A stretch of DNA of 64,000 nt from Toensbergia leucococca. Taxonomy: Eukaryota. The translations under genes were made by a program, and so were the position numbers. The stretch covers positions 62,001 through 126,000 of the forward strand of contig JALDZS010000017.1 in assembly GCA_022813965.1 (NCBI GenBank), given 5' to 3'. Shown here one piece after another: positions 10,776-23,170 of this stretch. Numbering within the stretch: the first letter of the stretch is position 1; each line of letters starts with the position of its first letter. The notes beneath the pieces are model-generated. The model had not been told where the DNA came from. It did not search any database and saw only the letters and a program-made list of their open reading frames with translations.

Positions 10776-12660
10776 ACGACGAGCTTGACACCTCGCCCAC
10801 TGTACAGGTCAGAGGAATTGGGAGCCCTGTATCCTCAAGAGCTACAGTTGCAGCTTGTGCAGATCGTAAGTTGAGCAGCTCCTATGCTAATAACTTTGAT
10901 ATGCCTGACCCTCTTCCAAATCATAACAACTTCATAGTTCTTTCGACATGGTACGCCTTCCTCAATGCCACTTAAGATGGCTTATGATATTGATTAGCAT
11001 GTCTCTTCAGGAGAAAGAACCCCAGAGACTGCACGATTCACAAATGTGAGTGTAGCAATTGTTGACCTGCGAACGTTGCTTACCAGTTGCTACAATAGAC
11101 TGGTCTTCCAGCTGGTAAGCAATCCATGCATTGCAACACACAGCGCGTTCGGCGCCTTCTTCGACTACTAATGACGGCGCAGTATGGCCGTATTGCAGTT
11201 CTGCGAGTGCTATGGTCAGTACTGTTGTGAAAGATCGAGCGTGCGTCAATTGGGATACATTCGAGTGGCGTCGGCGCTTGCAGGTATTGGAAAATGGCAA
11301 AGCCGTCGCTGCAAGCTCACGGGGAGAGGAAAGTCGAATGTGGTATGAATGCTGTGCTACGAAGTTTTGTTCCTCGAGCTTAGAGATGGGGACAGCGCCC
11401 CGGCGGAGATCACCGATAAAGGACGGGAGACTATGCTGCTTCTCGGTCGTCGAATCAGACACTTATACGTCAATCAGCTTGGATTTTTGCCAGAATTGTT
11501 AGCTGACCCTGCATCGGTGTACTTACGAGCTACTCCATTCCCAAGAACATTGACCTCTTTGCAACAGGTCATTGTAGGTTTATATCCACCAAATAAAAGA
11601 GCCGAATCAATCAGGTCTTTTCAAATTACCACTCGTAATTTGAGTGACGAAACATTGCTGCCAAACGAGACGCACTGCGAAAGGTTCATCCAGCTCATCA
11701 AGGCCTTTTCTCGAAAAGCTGCGGGCCGATGTAGGTTTACTGCTCACAATGAGAAGTACAAGTTCCGAAACTGAGAAAGCTACAGGGAACACATCTGGAG
11801 AGATGGCATACCTGAACAGCAAGATTCAGAGATGGATGCCCCAAAAGCAACGAGTAGCTGTCGATTCAAGTCCTGCGTTGCACGACATCTACGATTCCAT
11901 CAATTCCACTCTCGCAACGTCGGATCCGAGAACAACCCTTCCATCGGAGTTTTACGATCCTACACTCCGAAGTATCATAGATCGCATCTCGGTAGATGAG
12001 GAGTTTACTGGATACAAATCGAGCTTGGAGTACCGCACCTTGGGTATTGGTCATCTTCTGGGTGAGGTCGTTTCTCGCATGGCCGATCATGTCAGCGGAG
12101 AAGCGCCGAAGGGCACAGCCAGGATAGCTTTGTTTGGAGGCCATGACTCCACAGTCGCGGCGATTTTGGCCTCCCTTGGAGCTCTGGAAGGCGATAACGG
12201 GACTTGGCCTGGTTACGGAAGCTCAGTTGTCGTTGAACTTTTCAAAAATACCAATTTAGCACGCCGGACCTCGTGCTCTGAAGGTGGAGTTTTGCAAAGC
12301 TTGAAACACAGGTCAACAGTAGGCTCTTCCGAAACGTTAGCAGACGTCAATCCGCGCACAAACACGAGCCCTTTCAATGGCTTTTATGTCCGACTGAAGT
12401 ACAATGACCACACCTTGAATATTCCTGGTTGCCAGACTTCGGGACTACATCTAGCAGGCAACCCAAACTTTTGTACACTGGTAAGACCGACTCCTGGTCC
12501 TGCCCTCTTGTTGTCGTCAATTCATGCAGAATAACTCTTATACAAGGCCGCATTTAAAGACATTGTCGATTGTATTACGCCATCAGATTGGAAGCAGGCC
12601 TGCGTATCGAATTTAGACAAGCCGCCGTTTCCCGCGGAAGACGAAGCTATTGGACCTTAA
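10776..12660 (+). CDS. Histidine acid phosphatase (clade 2), multi-exon; start codon uncertain
   Basis: TTSLTPRPLYRSEELGALYPQELQLQLVQI, then a 13-nt micro-exon 10938-10950 and the next exon give FFRH|GERTP (RHGxRxP). Also LRATPFPRTLTSL and GGHDSTV (HD motif). Final exon AAFKDIVD...IGP* ends at 12660. Confidence 0.88.
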
Positions 12661-13776
12661 TATCTGTGGCAATAGCAAATGTCCATTCCAAATGATGGTT
12701 GATTTCGGCTAATTCGCAAAGATCAGTTGCTACAAATTATCGCAGTCCTTACTAGTAGCGTTTGCTATGAGTAGCGTTCTATCAAAGCTTCCTCTCTAAT
12801 CGTGGATGTCGAAGAATTGACACACGTTCAAGGGGCGTTCAAGCTTGGTACTGATCGCAAACCGTACGAGATTTGACTGAACAGGACACTGAACACATAA
12901 TAAATCCGCGGGACTCACCTCGGGGGGTCGAGCAACTCACCGTCGAAGAAATTCAAACGATTGGGCGTACACTTGCATCAGATTTAACAAAAACAAGGTC
13001 TGTTTCATACAGTCATGGAATCTCCTACTTTCCACGCTCTTTGAGGAATGAAGAAGAATAAGAGTGAGTGAGGATGATGCCTCCGAGAAAATTCTTTGAT
13101 TCTGGATCTGGATTAGTCACCCTGTTCACTAAAGGCAAAAGCTTCGGAGTGTAGAGTAGCACTAGCTACATGAACACAGAAGTCTATAAAGTACCTTTTT
13201 ATACTTTAAGAGCATCATAATCAATCTCTTTGGGAGCAGAAATCACACTGATTTCAACAGTACTATTTATTATACATTATGGAACAGGCGTATTTGCCTT
13301 CCAATGCGCCCCTCCGTCTTCTCGACGCTTCCTGCCATTGATCCTACCAACCAAAGATTCAAGCACGCTCAAAAAGTTGTCCAACTCTCGGTCTGTGATC
13401 AGGTAGATGAAGGCCCGAATGCTATCTTTCGCTGTTCTATCCTTCCGTTCATCTTCAAGCAACTCCTAGGTCGATGACCCGGCTAAGGACATGCCATTCT
13501 ATACATGATAGTGCTCATATTACAAGGAGCTCTTGACTGCCCCCATAACCCCTGTCAACCTGGGCAGGGTTCGGTAGGTTTGATTGCCCCATCACTACTT
13601 GGCCCGAGAGAAATGAGACAGCGTGACTATTCGTTGCGATTGGCAACGTGGGAACACGTAAGGTCGTAGGATCATTTCAAGCTTTGAACTTTATGGTATC
13701 AGAACACGTCTGTGCGAGCAGAGAAGAAATCCTCACTATAGAAGAGGCCGTACTTGTCATGATCTCCTGGAGCTCA

Positions 13777-14454
13777 TTATCGTCGCCGCACCGTACGCAC
13801 ACGAAGTGGCGGAAGGTCATCGAAACTATCGTTGGACCCGATAGTGTACACACTCCTCGTGCCTCGAGAATATTTGCCACTCCGGAGGCTGTCGTTGTCG
13901 TCGTCATACGAGTACACTGAAGTGTGACGATGTTTTCCATCTCGACCTCGAGATTTGCTCCTGCTTTTTCCATATTTCATGCCTCGAGGCATTATTACGA
14001 CCTTCCTAGGTTCTTCTTCGATGTATCGTATCCGTTCCCGTCCCCGATGATCGTCATGATGATCGTCATGGTCGTCGTGATTGTGTTCATCAAATTGGCC
14101 CCCGCGAAGCGGAATGATACCAGGCGTACCTCCTTCGATTCTTCCCTGAGGGTGTTGTTGGTGTGCCACTTGTTGCTGCTGGTGGTGTTGAGCAAGCCAT
14201 TGCTGCTGGTGCTGCCACTCACGCCAGTGCTGCTCTTGCCTGGCAAGTAATTGTTGAGCCTGCCACTGTTGAGCTTGCAGCATCTCCTGACGGAACTGCT
14301 GCCCGGGGTAAGCGCCCCGAGTAAGGGCCCACTCGTCGGAGTTCCTTGGGCTATGACTCTTGACGAAGTTAAGGCGTTTCCTGCGTGACTCTCCTTCATA
14401 TCTTGGGCGTCGTTCTTCGACCTCGATACCGCCTACGATCTGCGGCCAGCACAT
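13777..14454 (-). CDS. Hypothetical low-complexity protein with Q/W-rich, His/Asp-rich and Arg/Ser-rich tracts
   Basis: Open frame from ATG at 14454 (MCWPQ...); contains QQWQAQQ...QQQQ, HNHDDHDDHHDDH and KSRSKSRGR tracts. No recognisable domain. Confidence 0.6.
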   Translation of the reverse strand: MCWPQIVGGIEVEERRPRYEGESRRKRLNFVKSHSPRNSDEWALTRGAYPGQQFRQEMLQAQQWQAQQLLARQEQHWREWQHQQQWLAQHHQQQQVAHQQHPQGRIEGGTPGIIPLRGGQFDEHNHDDHDDHHDDHRGRERIRYIEEEPRKVVIMPRGMKYGKSRSKSRGRDGKHRHTSVYSYDDDNDSLRSGKYSRGTRSVYTIGSNDSFDDLPPLRVRTVRRR

Positions 14455-15984
14455 CGTACTGGGAGGGGGTCTGAGATTCGGATCGAGTGTTCTGGGTAGA
14501 ACGGACAACGAAGAAGTCTTTTTATTTCTTTTCGTTGCCTGAAATCTCAATAGAACGAGAGGCTGAGCAAGGCAGATGAATAGACGCCAAAGCTACAAAT
14601 TAGAAAGAGTGGAGACTTTGTGGTGTGCAAGAAAACGACGTGCGACGGCAGCAAGTTGACTAGAGAGTACATGAGCCCTTATAAGTCGGGCGACAAGGCT
14701 ATCATGCAATGCGCGACGACCGCGTCATCTTGGCCTTCTGGGCACGGCATGTTCTAGCCTTGCACAAGGCTCTGCAGCATTCAGCTGCATTTTAATTACG
14801 CTGAGCAGAGGCAGCAGCGGTGCTAGAAGAGGTGTGTCACGCGTTGAAATTCGAAATCAAAACCGGTGTATATCTTACCTTATCTCTCGTACCGTTGTGC
14901 CTCTTCCGGTCATAGATCGTGTAATTCGAGTTCGGCTAAATGCAGGAGGAGTGGCGCAGCATCGATAGCCCCCACCATTGACCGCAAGGCTCATTCGACG
15001 ATTGCAAAAACACCACATGAAGAATCCTCCTGCATGTTCCCGGATCCACGGTCCTGCCGTCTGAATAGTATGGAAGATATTGAGTGCCTAAAATTTTGGA
15101 TTATACATCCACTTCCCGGAGCCGCTCAGCCTGGCTCTACTGCTCGTGCCTCGATCGGAAACATCCAACCCTCCGAAGTGCGCTTCAATGATGCTGAGGG
15201 TGCAAGACTAAAGTCTGGCGCAGGTCGACCCATATTTTGTTTTAGGCTTACTTGAAGTTGCAAGAGTATTGTTGAACCCTAATTATCAAAAGTACTCATC
15301 AGTACTCCAAGAATTCATGTCGTTATTGCACTTACCGCCGAATTACCCATCTGAACACATCGGTTACGCATTTGGCTCTATTGCCTCTGGATGCTGCGCT
15401 TTGCTGGCTGCCATATTAAAACACCTGAGAATCAATATCAGATAGCTTGTTCCAGTCAGACACTGTAGAAATTCCCCAAAGACTCTTGTACAGACTGAGG
15501 CTTAGCAACGAATGACAAAGCACATAGATAGAAAATTAGCCTAGTATGGCACCCAGGATGTAAAGCATGAGGCTGAGGATTAAAAGCAATTCTGACCACG
15601 AGCTTGAACTCCACATTGCCTTGTCCACTGACCGCAAAAGAACCCTTCAAAAGGTTTCTCCATCTTAGTCTCTCATCGTATCAGATAAAGGTAGACTTCG
15701 GGAGTGACGAAATCTCTTAATTCTATTGCGTCAGGCTAGTTCGCTCAGAACGACGAAAAATGAACATGTGATGAACATACAGTCTACTTGCCAGTTAGGG
15801 GACAGACCAGCAGATAGGTAATTCCACGACGGTAGTATTCTGATGGCGATATCATGCGATTCGGCCGATGCGTAGTATCCGCTGCTCTTTCCCATCTCGA
15901 GGCTCAAAACATTTCGGCTGTCCAACTTAGCCAATTTTTCAACCCGATTTGCTTGCAAGTGTAGCCAATTCCTATCCGGAAGCA

Positions 15985-17186
15985 TCAGCAACAACCTCCT
16001 ATTTTCCTTCTCCTGACCCCGTCAAGTCTGAAAACGGCCTCCCACTCCCTCAGTCCTGACCCCCATCCGCCCGAACCAGCCTTTCCTCTTCCCTTTCGCC
16101 TTCTCCGTCCCAGGCCACCCTCTTCAACAGTTGTTACCCCACTCTTAACGCTCCCTCCATCCCCGTCCCTTCCCCAACCCGCACTATCGCCATATTGAAT
16201 TCCACTCATAGGATCGTCTGGATCAATCTCTCCCAATTCGATCTTTGTCAAGATCATTCTCGCAAGACGGGCAAAAACCTCCTCCACGCCATCCCCGGTG
16301 TAGGCACTCACTTCGACGGATACGGGAATGGCAGAACTGGATGCCCAGCGCGATGCTTCCTCTTGCGTTACCTCACGGCCTTCCGTGGCGATAGTAGCTG
16401 TAAGTTGCGAACCGAGGGCATAACCTATTGATGAGCGATTGGAACCACCTCTGCCACCAGAGTCGTAAGGCAACCCATAATGTTTACTTGAGGTGCTCGA
16501 GGGAGTAGGGGGAGGATATGGCGGGTCGTCAAGGATGTGGCCATTCCCGGAGAGTTCGGAGGAGAGATCTGATTTATTGCCAGCGAGCAGAAGTGTCAGA
16601 TTCGGAGACGCTAGAGCACGTGCATCGTTCAGGAAGGTTGGAAGAGCGTTGAAGGAGTCGTGGGATGCGATGTCGTAGACCAAGATAGCGCCGGCTGCAC
16701 CTCGGTAGTAGGAGCGCGATACGGATCGGAATCGTTCTGTCCCTGCCGTGTCCCAAAGTTGAAGCTTTATGCGTTTGCGTCGGGCTCCAGTGCCCACTTT
16801 GATGATTTTGGAGGAGAATTCGACGCCAATGGTGTGTGATGAGAGGATTCGCCCTGTGATAGTAGGTAGGTAGTGTGCCTTGGTCTCGACGCAAGGACGT
16901 ACCAACATTCGTTCTTTACGATCCGGTGTAGGAGGCAAGATCTGGACCGAATGAGCCCTAGAGAGTCAAGAGCTCAGGGAGTGAACGAACTTGCCAGTAC
17001 CGCTTGGTCCTAGCAGTATGATCTTGGCCAGATAATCATACATACTCCCGAGCTCCTGTAAAGCACAAATCATGAGCTCGCCTGCACATCTGAGCTTTGT
17101 CCATTGACGGGTATGACACCAACCTGATCATGTTCTGGAGTCGAGGATGTGCTTGACACGTTGGAACCCCGACGTTGACGCGCCAT
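15985..17186 (-). CDS. ypt4: Rab4/Ypt4-like small GTPase (multi-exon)
   Basis: Spliced MARQRRGS...[67 protein letters not shown] and a C-terminal GGCC prenylation signal. Confidence 0.92.
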
Positions 17187-17802
17187 TTTTAAGGTGAAAA
17201 TGGAAGTAAGAAATAAGTGCTACAAGTCCATTTTGAGTATGTAATAGAGATTGTTCTTAATCATGACATCAATTTGACAGCGCATCGCATTAAAAAATGG
17301 AGGCCTCAACCTGTCGCGAAAACTTTGAGATCCACGGATCAACATTCTTCCTTTTGCCGAGCATCCATTGTTTTGACCACCATCGACTGTTGGAATCCGA
17401 CAGATTTCAAATTGCCACCATCATACGTTGCGAATAATATGCAGACGCTCGTCTCTAAACGATCCAGCAATATCTAACTTTCACGGTCTCTGATTCTCTG
17501 AGGAGGTTTATTCTGCAAAAATCTAGCCCCTTTTCTTTTTGATGTTTGTTGTGTTTCTATCGAATACTCGTACATAGACAGACTGAATAGGTCCTTGTCT
17601 TCATATTTCATTGGTCTTCGAGTTGAGCTCATGGCCTTCCAGATCTTAATGATAACATTCAAGTAATCATACTGGATCTCTTCGATTTGTCGTTGATCAA
17701 TGTTTTTGGTATCAAATTATCAAGCAAACACCTTAGTCCAATTTTCTGAGAAGACGCTGAATCCAAAACGTGCGGCACTTTGGTGCATCCTGGCTATGGA
17801 TA

Positions 17803-18435
17803 CTACTTCCAATACTCCTTGGTCTCAAATTCCTTTATTACGGCTTTGAAATCCTCATGTCCTTGATCCGCTAATTTCTCAAATGCCGCTCTATTTTCCA
17901 TCATCCACTTCTTGTCCGCACCTGCCTCCGGAAGAACGAATCCGGCTTCAAGCCCTGCGTTGAGGTCTGCCATGATGAAAATAGCCCGTAACTCCTTCTC
18001 GCCTTGCCCAGGCCGCCCGTCAATTACGATCTCATCCCATGCTTTGGATAATAATATGCAGAGCTGGTTGAAATCACTCTGGCTTCGCTCTCCGCCAGGA
18101 CGAACATGTCCAAATAATCAGTTGCCATTCCTCTAAAGGTGTCAGCTTCCCACAAACATCACCACTGATCATGTAGGTCAAGAGGGAGGAGGCATATTCT
18201 TTCCATTTCTGGAGATCGCATTGCAATATGGCATTCCCTTCTAATCATAAAAGACATTACGTACTCTCTTCCCTCCCACATATGTCTCCTGGTGCTTAGC
18301 GTCCGTGAACCTGCAATTGACAAATAACGCCGGGGCATGGAAATATTCGGTATGGATTTTAGTCGTAGCTTCAGCGAGGGCGTCTTTTTGCGCCGTCGTT
18401 AACGCCGTGACGTACTCCCAATCGTACCAAGGCAT
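17803..18435 (-). pseudogene. Tautomerase superfamily (cis-CaaD-like) gene with an in-frame TGA
   Basis: N-terminal Met-Pro (Pro1). Exon 1 MPWYDWEY...KDALAEATTKIHT..F.APALFVNCRF...YVGGKR; exon 2 RNGN*LFGHVRPG...ELRAIFIM...GLEAGFVLPEAG...YWK*. The TGA is at 18118-18120. Confidence 0.75.
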
Positions 18436-18705
18436 TGATGCAATGTGATATCTTCGCCTACCTTTTCATTCTCAAATTCTTTGACTATTGAATTGTCGAG
18501 TCGCTGCAGAATCCTCGATTACGCATGAAGTCAGAATTCGAGCTTATGTAATGCAGCAAAGTGACCAATCAGAAAGCTGGAAAGCTCTTTTCCTCAACGT
18601 CCCGGTTAACTTTTGTTGTAACCCAAGCATCGATACACGACCTTCGCATTTCACCTACGCTCGTTTCCTTGGTAGCTTGATTCTGCCTTGATAGGCATTT
18701 CTATC

Positions 18706-19623
18706 ATGTCAGCAACTACATCTCGATTTATGCTACAGCGAACCCGCTTTATTGCGCGCAGAACTGCTCTACGACATGCCTCGACCACCTCAGAAGCTAC
18801 AGAGGCTGCGTCGAACACTGCCTCAAAGGCAAAGGATACTGCGTCGACTGCGACCTCGAAAGCTTCCCAAGGTCTATCAAGAGTCACATCCTCTGCTGAA
18901 TCGGCTGCAAGTGGAGCAAAAGAAGGGGCTAGTAATGCAGCGGGAAAAGTTGCAGGGCGGACTGGACGATTAGTATCAATGATAGAATGTGAGTGTATCG
19001 ACTCAAGCAGTCTTGGAAATGCTCGTATGCGTTAATTGAGCCATAAGGGTATTTTTCAAATTACCCTCTAATTCGATCCTTGACCCAGATATTTTCCTTG
19101 GTCTCTCTTTCCAATTTATATTTACGGACTGCATAAATATACGGGATGAGGAACGATCATTAACGGTGACTTCTGTTGCAGCCACAATACCGCCTACTAT
19201 CTACTACTCTAAGGTTGGCTTCGAGCTATCGAAGCTTGTCTTTCAAGGACAAAAAATGACACCGCCGTAAGTCAGACAATGCTAGCTCGAACAAGCTCGG
19301 CCTTATCCTTAAGATCTCACTAACACAGATTCATATCGTCTAGGAGCCTCTCGACTTTCCAATCCTATTTCCAATCTATCTACAAGGCCGTGTTAAACCC
19401 CATACCAACATTCAATCGCCTGATCTCCACCGCAAGTTCCATGGGCCCCGAGAGTGTTATGAGCAGATTTCGGAATATTAACGCCCAGCAAATGGCATCA
19501 GTAGGGGTAATTGCTGCTGAGGTCATAGGATTCTTCACCGTTGGGGAGATGCTTGGGAGACTCAAGTTGGTCGGATATAGGGGAGACGAGGAACATCATG
19601 AGACTGCGACGCCCCACTCATGA
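18706..19623 (+). CDS. ATP20: Mitochondrial ATP synthase subunit g (multi-exon)
   Basis: Arg-rich mitochondrial presequence, IPPTIYYSKVGFELSKLVFQGQKMTPP exon, C-terminal AEVIGFFTVGEMLGRLKLVGY. Confidence 0.93.
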
Positions 19624-20030
19624 GCTAGACGCAAAGCAGTGATGTATCTTTGAGCTTTCATACTAGTATAAAGGGCTAGGGTGGAGACTTTGGGCTTGTA
19701 CAAAGGCATGAGGCTTCTCTAGAGCCGCATAGTTGTCAAGTTGGTCGTACTATGTCTTCATAGAGTTGCAACAATGTATAACAGCTCGTACTACAGAAAG
19801 GATTTGGCAATGATGAAACAATAATTTTTATTCTCAAATTTCGTATGCGTAGATATTTTCGAAGCCCGGCTAATTATTTCGTGGAGCTTTCCTTAAAATC
19901 TGCAACTGGAACATCAACCAGCGAGACAACTCACGATTAGCTACTCCGTACATGCGAAATTGACAGTTTTCAATATGATCATCTTTGGAACAGCATTTCG
20001 TGCATAGGGTGTTCGTATTAAGCACTGACT

Positions 20031-22256
20031 ATGGACATATTCAGACTGCTCACAAGATCTACGAATCTCCAAAAATCTTCGAGGAACCTCTCAGAACAAA
20101 ATGTACCTTCCGCTGGCAATTCCAAGCACATCGAGGATTTGTTACACGAACAGAAAGAACCGGGAGAAAAAAGAATACCTGGCAGTCACAAGCGCAAGAG
20201 GGACAATTCAAAAGAAAGGAAGAGGCTGGACTCATCCGAGCAATTGAGGGTGTCCAAAGAACACGGGGAGGAAACCAATGGAATAGACAAGCCCCCGAAG
20301 AATGACACATTTTCCCCTGGCATCGCACAAGGCGGAGAAGCCAAGAGTAAGGCGGTGGTCCTGGTGAACGAGGAGGAGTGTAGGAGAATTTTGAAGCTGC
20401 ACAAACTCAAGATTACCCTTTTCAAGGACGAACCAGAAACACAAAACAAGCAGATGAAGCCCCGACAGAGCTCTGTCAGCTCCGAAATACCAGGATTTAT
20501 TCGAAAGAAAGATGCCCATACCCAGTTATCGCCGCAGCCATTAACCTCGTTCAAGCAATTACGAACTAAGTACGGTATATCGAAGAGATTAGCAGAAAAC
20601 TTGAATGCTCAAGGCTACACTGTTCCTACAGACGTACAGCTTGGGAGCTTACCGTTATTACTGGGAACAGATGAAGATAGGGGGATACGACGGAGAAGCA
20701 AATCTGGTCGAAAGCAGCGGAAATCTGAAGTGGATATAATGACTATCGCTCCGACCGGCAGTGGCAAGACTCTGGCCTTCCTGATTCCTATACTCCACGG
20801 ATTACTAGAGTATAGACGTGCGAATAAGCCAATGGATCTTACGCAAGAGACAGAACATAACATTCAGGCAATCATCATTGCTCCTACGCATGAGCTGGTG
20901 GATCAGATAGTAAACGAAACGAGGAAGCTTACTATCGGCACTGGTATCAAGGTTTCGGGAATGCGAAAAGGTATGAAGTTGCAACGGGAGACTAATAAAC
21001 ATGAGGAAGATGATCTTCATGAGTCGAATAATACTCTTAGCAGCGAGCATGAAGACAACAATTCGAGCACTAAATCTCGGTCCGTAGTCAAGGCAGATAT
21101 CCTAGTCAGCACTCCTCTGATGCTCTTGCACGCCCTGTCGTCTGGTTCCACGCCGACGTCCAACTTCCTTCCAACAGTTCGGTATCTCGTTCTTGACGAA
21201 GCCGATGTCCTCCTCGATCCCCTTTTCCGCACCCAAACCTTAGGTATATGGAAAGTTTGTAGCAGTCCCTCCCTTCAGACTTCCCTCTGGTCTGCCACTA
21301 TCGGATCTTCTATTGAATCGCTTGCACAGACGTTCATTCTTGATCGCCGCCGTAATCTCGAATCTCTTCCAAACCCAATGGCTCCCTCACATTATGTCAT
21401 CCGCCTGGTAGTTGGTCTTAAAGACTCAGCTATACCTGTTATATCACACCGACTCGTATACACTGCCTCAGAGCAAGGCAAGCTCATGGCTATACGACAG
21501 TTGCTTCGTCCTTCCACGATGTCTACTAACAGTGATCCGTCTTTGCGACCACCATTCCTTGTATTCGCACAGACTATACCAAGAGCCATAGCCCTTCATT
21601 CCGAATTGCTCTATGACATCCCTCCTGAAGCGGGTGGCTCATCTCGCATTGCCGTTCTTCATTCTGATCTCTCAGACAATGCACGCTCATCCATCATGGC
21701 AGAATTCAGAAAAGGCGAAATATGGGTTCTAATCACTACTGACTTGCTGTCGCGAGGTATAGACTTCAGGGGAATAAATGGTGTTGTCAACTATGACATT
21801 CCCAACACTGGAGCTATTTACATTCATCGAGTAGGAAGGACCGGGAGACAGGGCAGGGAGGGAGGAGTGGCTGTGACGTTCTATACTAAGGAGGATATCC
21901 CTTACGTCAAGAATGTGGCTAATGTCATTGCTGCGAGCGAGAAAGTAAATGGGAATGTTAGAAGGGATGGGGGGGATGGGGAGGATGGAATCCAAAAGTG
22001 GCTATTGGATGCATTACCAAGCGTCTCCAAAAAATCAAAGAAGGAGCTGAAGATGAAAGGGGTCGAAGGCAGACGTGCAGGTGCAGATGGAGATATCAAA
22101 GGGAGGGAAACAAAGAAAATGCGGATTAGTACTAAGAGTGGATACGATCGAAGGGTGGAGCACAGAAGAAAGGGTGCTGTGATGGGAAGTCAAAGGAGGA
22201 ACGCTGAAAGGGAAAATGATAGCGAAGACGAGGAATGGGGAGGAATTGATGACTAG
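20031..22256 (+). CDS. ROK1: DEAD-box rRNA-processing helicase ROK1/DDX52
   Basis: MDIFRLLTRST N-terminus, APTGSGKT, PTHEL, LDEAD, SAT, PPFLVF, RGIDF, HRVGRTGR and a Lys-rich tail. Confidence 0.95.
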   Translation: MDIFRLLTRSTNLQKSSRNLSEQNVPSAGNSKHIEDLLHEQKEPGEKRIPGSHKRKRDNSKERKRLDSSEQLRVSKEHGEETNGIDKPPKNDTFSPGIAQGGEAKSKAVVLVNEEECRRILKLHKLKITLFKDEPETQNKQMKPRQSSVSSEIPGFIRKKDAHTQLSPQPLTSFKQLRTKYGISKRLAENLNAQGYTVPTDVQLGSLPLLLGTDEDRGIRRRSKSGRKQRKSEVDIMTIAPTGSGKTLAFLIPILHGLLEYRRANKPMDLTQETEHNIQAIIIAPTHELVDQIVNETRKLTIGTGIKVSGMRKGMKLQRETNKHEEDDLHESNNTLSSEHEDNNSSTKSRSVVKADILVSTPLMLLHALSSGSTPTSNFLPTVRYLVLDEADVLLDPLFRTQTLGIWKVCSSPSLQTSLWSATIGSSIESLAQTFILDRRRNLESLPNPMAPSHYVIRLVVGLKDSAIPVISHRLVYTASEQGKLMAIRQLLRPSTMSTNSDPSLRPPFLVFAQTIPRAIALHSELLYDIPPEAGGSSRIAVLHSDLSDNARSSIMAEFRKGEIWVLITTDLLSRGIDFRGINGVVNYDIPNTGAIYIHRVGRTGRQGREGGVAVTFYTKEDIPYVKNVANVIAASEKVNGNVRRDGGDGEDGIQKWLLDALPSVSKKSKKELKMKGVEGRRAGADGDIKGRETKKMRISTKSGYDRRVEHRRKGAVMGSQRRNAERENDSEDEEWGGIDD

Positions 22257-23170
22257 TCTGGAATATTCATATTTTTGCCGTTGAGAAGGAAAAAGCTTGC
22301 AAGTTTTGTTTCCTAAATGCGTCAACCGGAAGAATATTTCTAGCACCTAGGGAGATTGGCGGGCTTTCAAAGAATGGCGGTGTCCATTCTCGCTACTAAT
22401 AAAACAGGATCAAATTTGCAAAGCATACCGGTGATTTTTCTCACGGCTTGTCAAATCAGTCTTTCTAATCAAGTCTAGAAAGTGGGGACTTTGAGTTTTT
22501 CCCGCAAAGTACGCCGAGAACGGTCACGGGGTTGGGATTACCTTTGGTAATCAGGAGGAGAATAAGATCGACATAATATGGGGTCCAGGGATAGAGCACC
22601 AGAATTCATTGATGGCTTTAATTACAGGTACGTGACAGATGGACCCCGGGCACTATGCCCCCTTGTGATATCCTTGTGTTCAGATATTGCCTGAGAAGAA
22701 TTGGGCATTTTTGATGCGTTGAGTCATTTCTATGAGATGTTATACCACTGTGTTCATTTTACAGTGGCCAGTTGTTGTCAGTGTCTCCCTAATCAAGCTG
22801 AATACGGATTGGTGAGCGCATATCCAAATCACTATGGACAATCTGAGGCTGACTAATCATAACGAATCGAACTTCCATGGGGATTGGCCCAGGAATAATG
22901 TTTCAGAAACTGGCAAAGCGCGTGTACGATTTTGCGGCTGGCTAATACGCATACTTGTGGTTTTAGACGACGAACTACTAAAAAGCCTAGCATCCTCTCC
23001 TATGAGTTGTTGCTCTATATAGTCAGTCACATGAGGTCATCGAAGCACCGTCGACTCGACAGCTTGCTTTGAACCGAAAAGTTACGCTCTATGAAGATAA
23101 TTAATCTAACTTCGTGGATAGCATACTGATCACCTGCGGAACAATAAAAAGCACCTTTGGAGAGGTCGCC

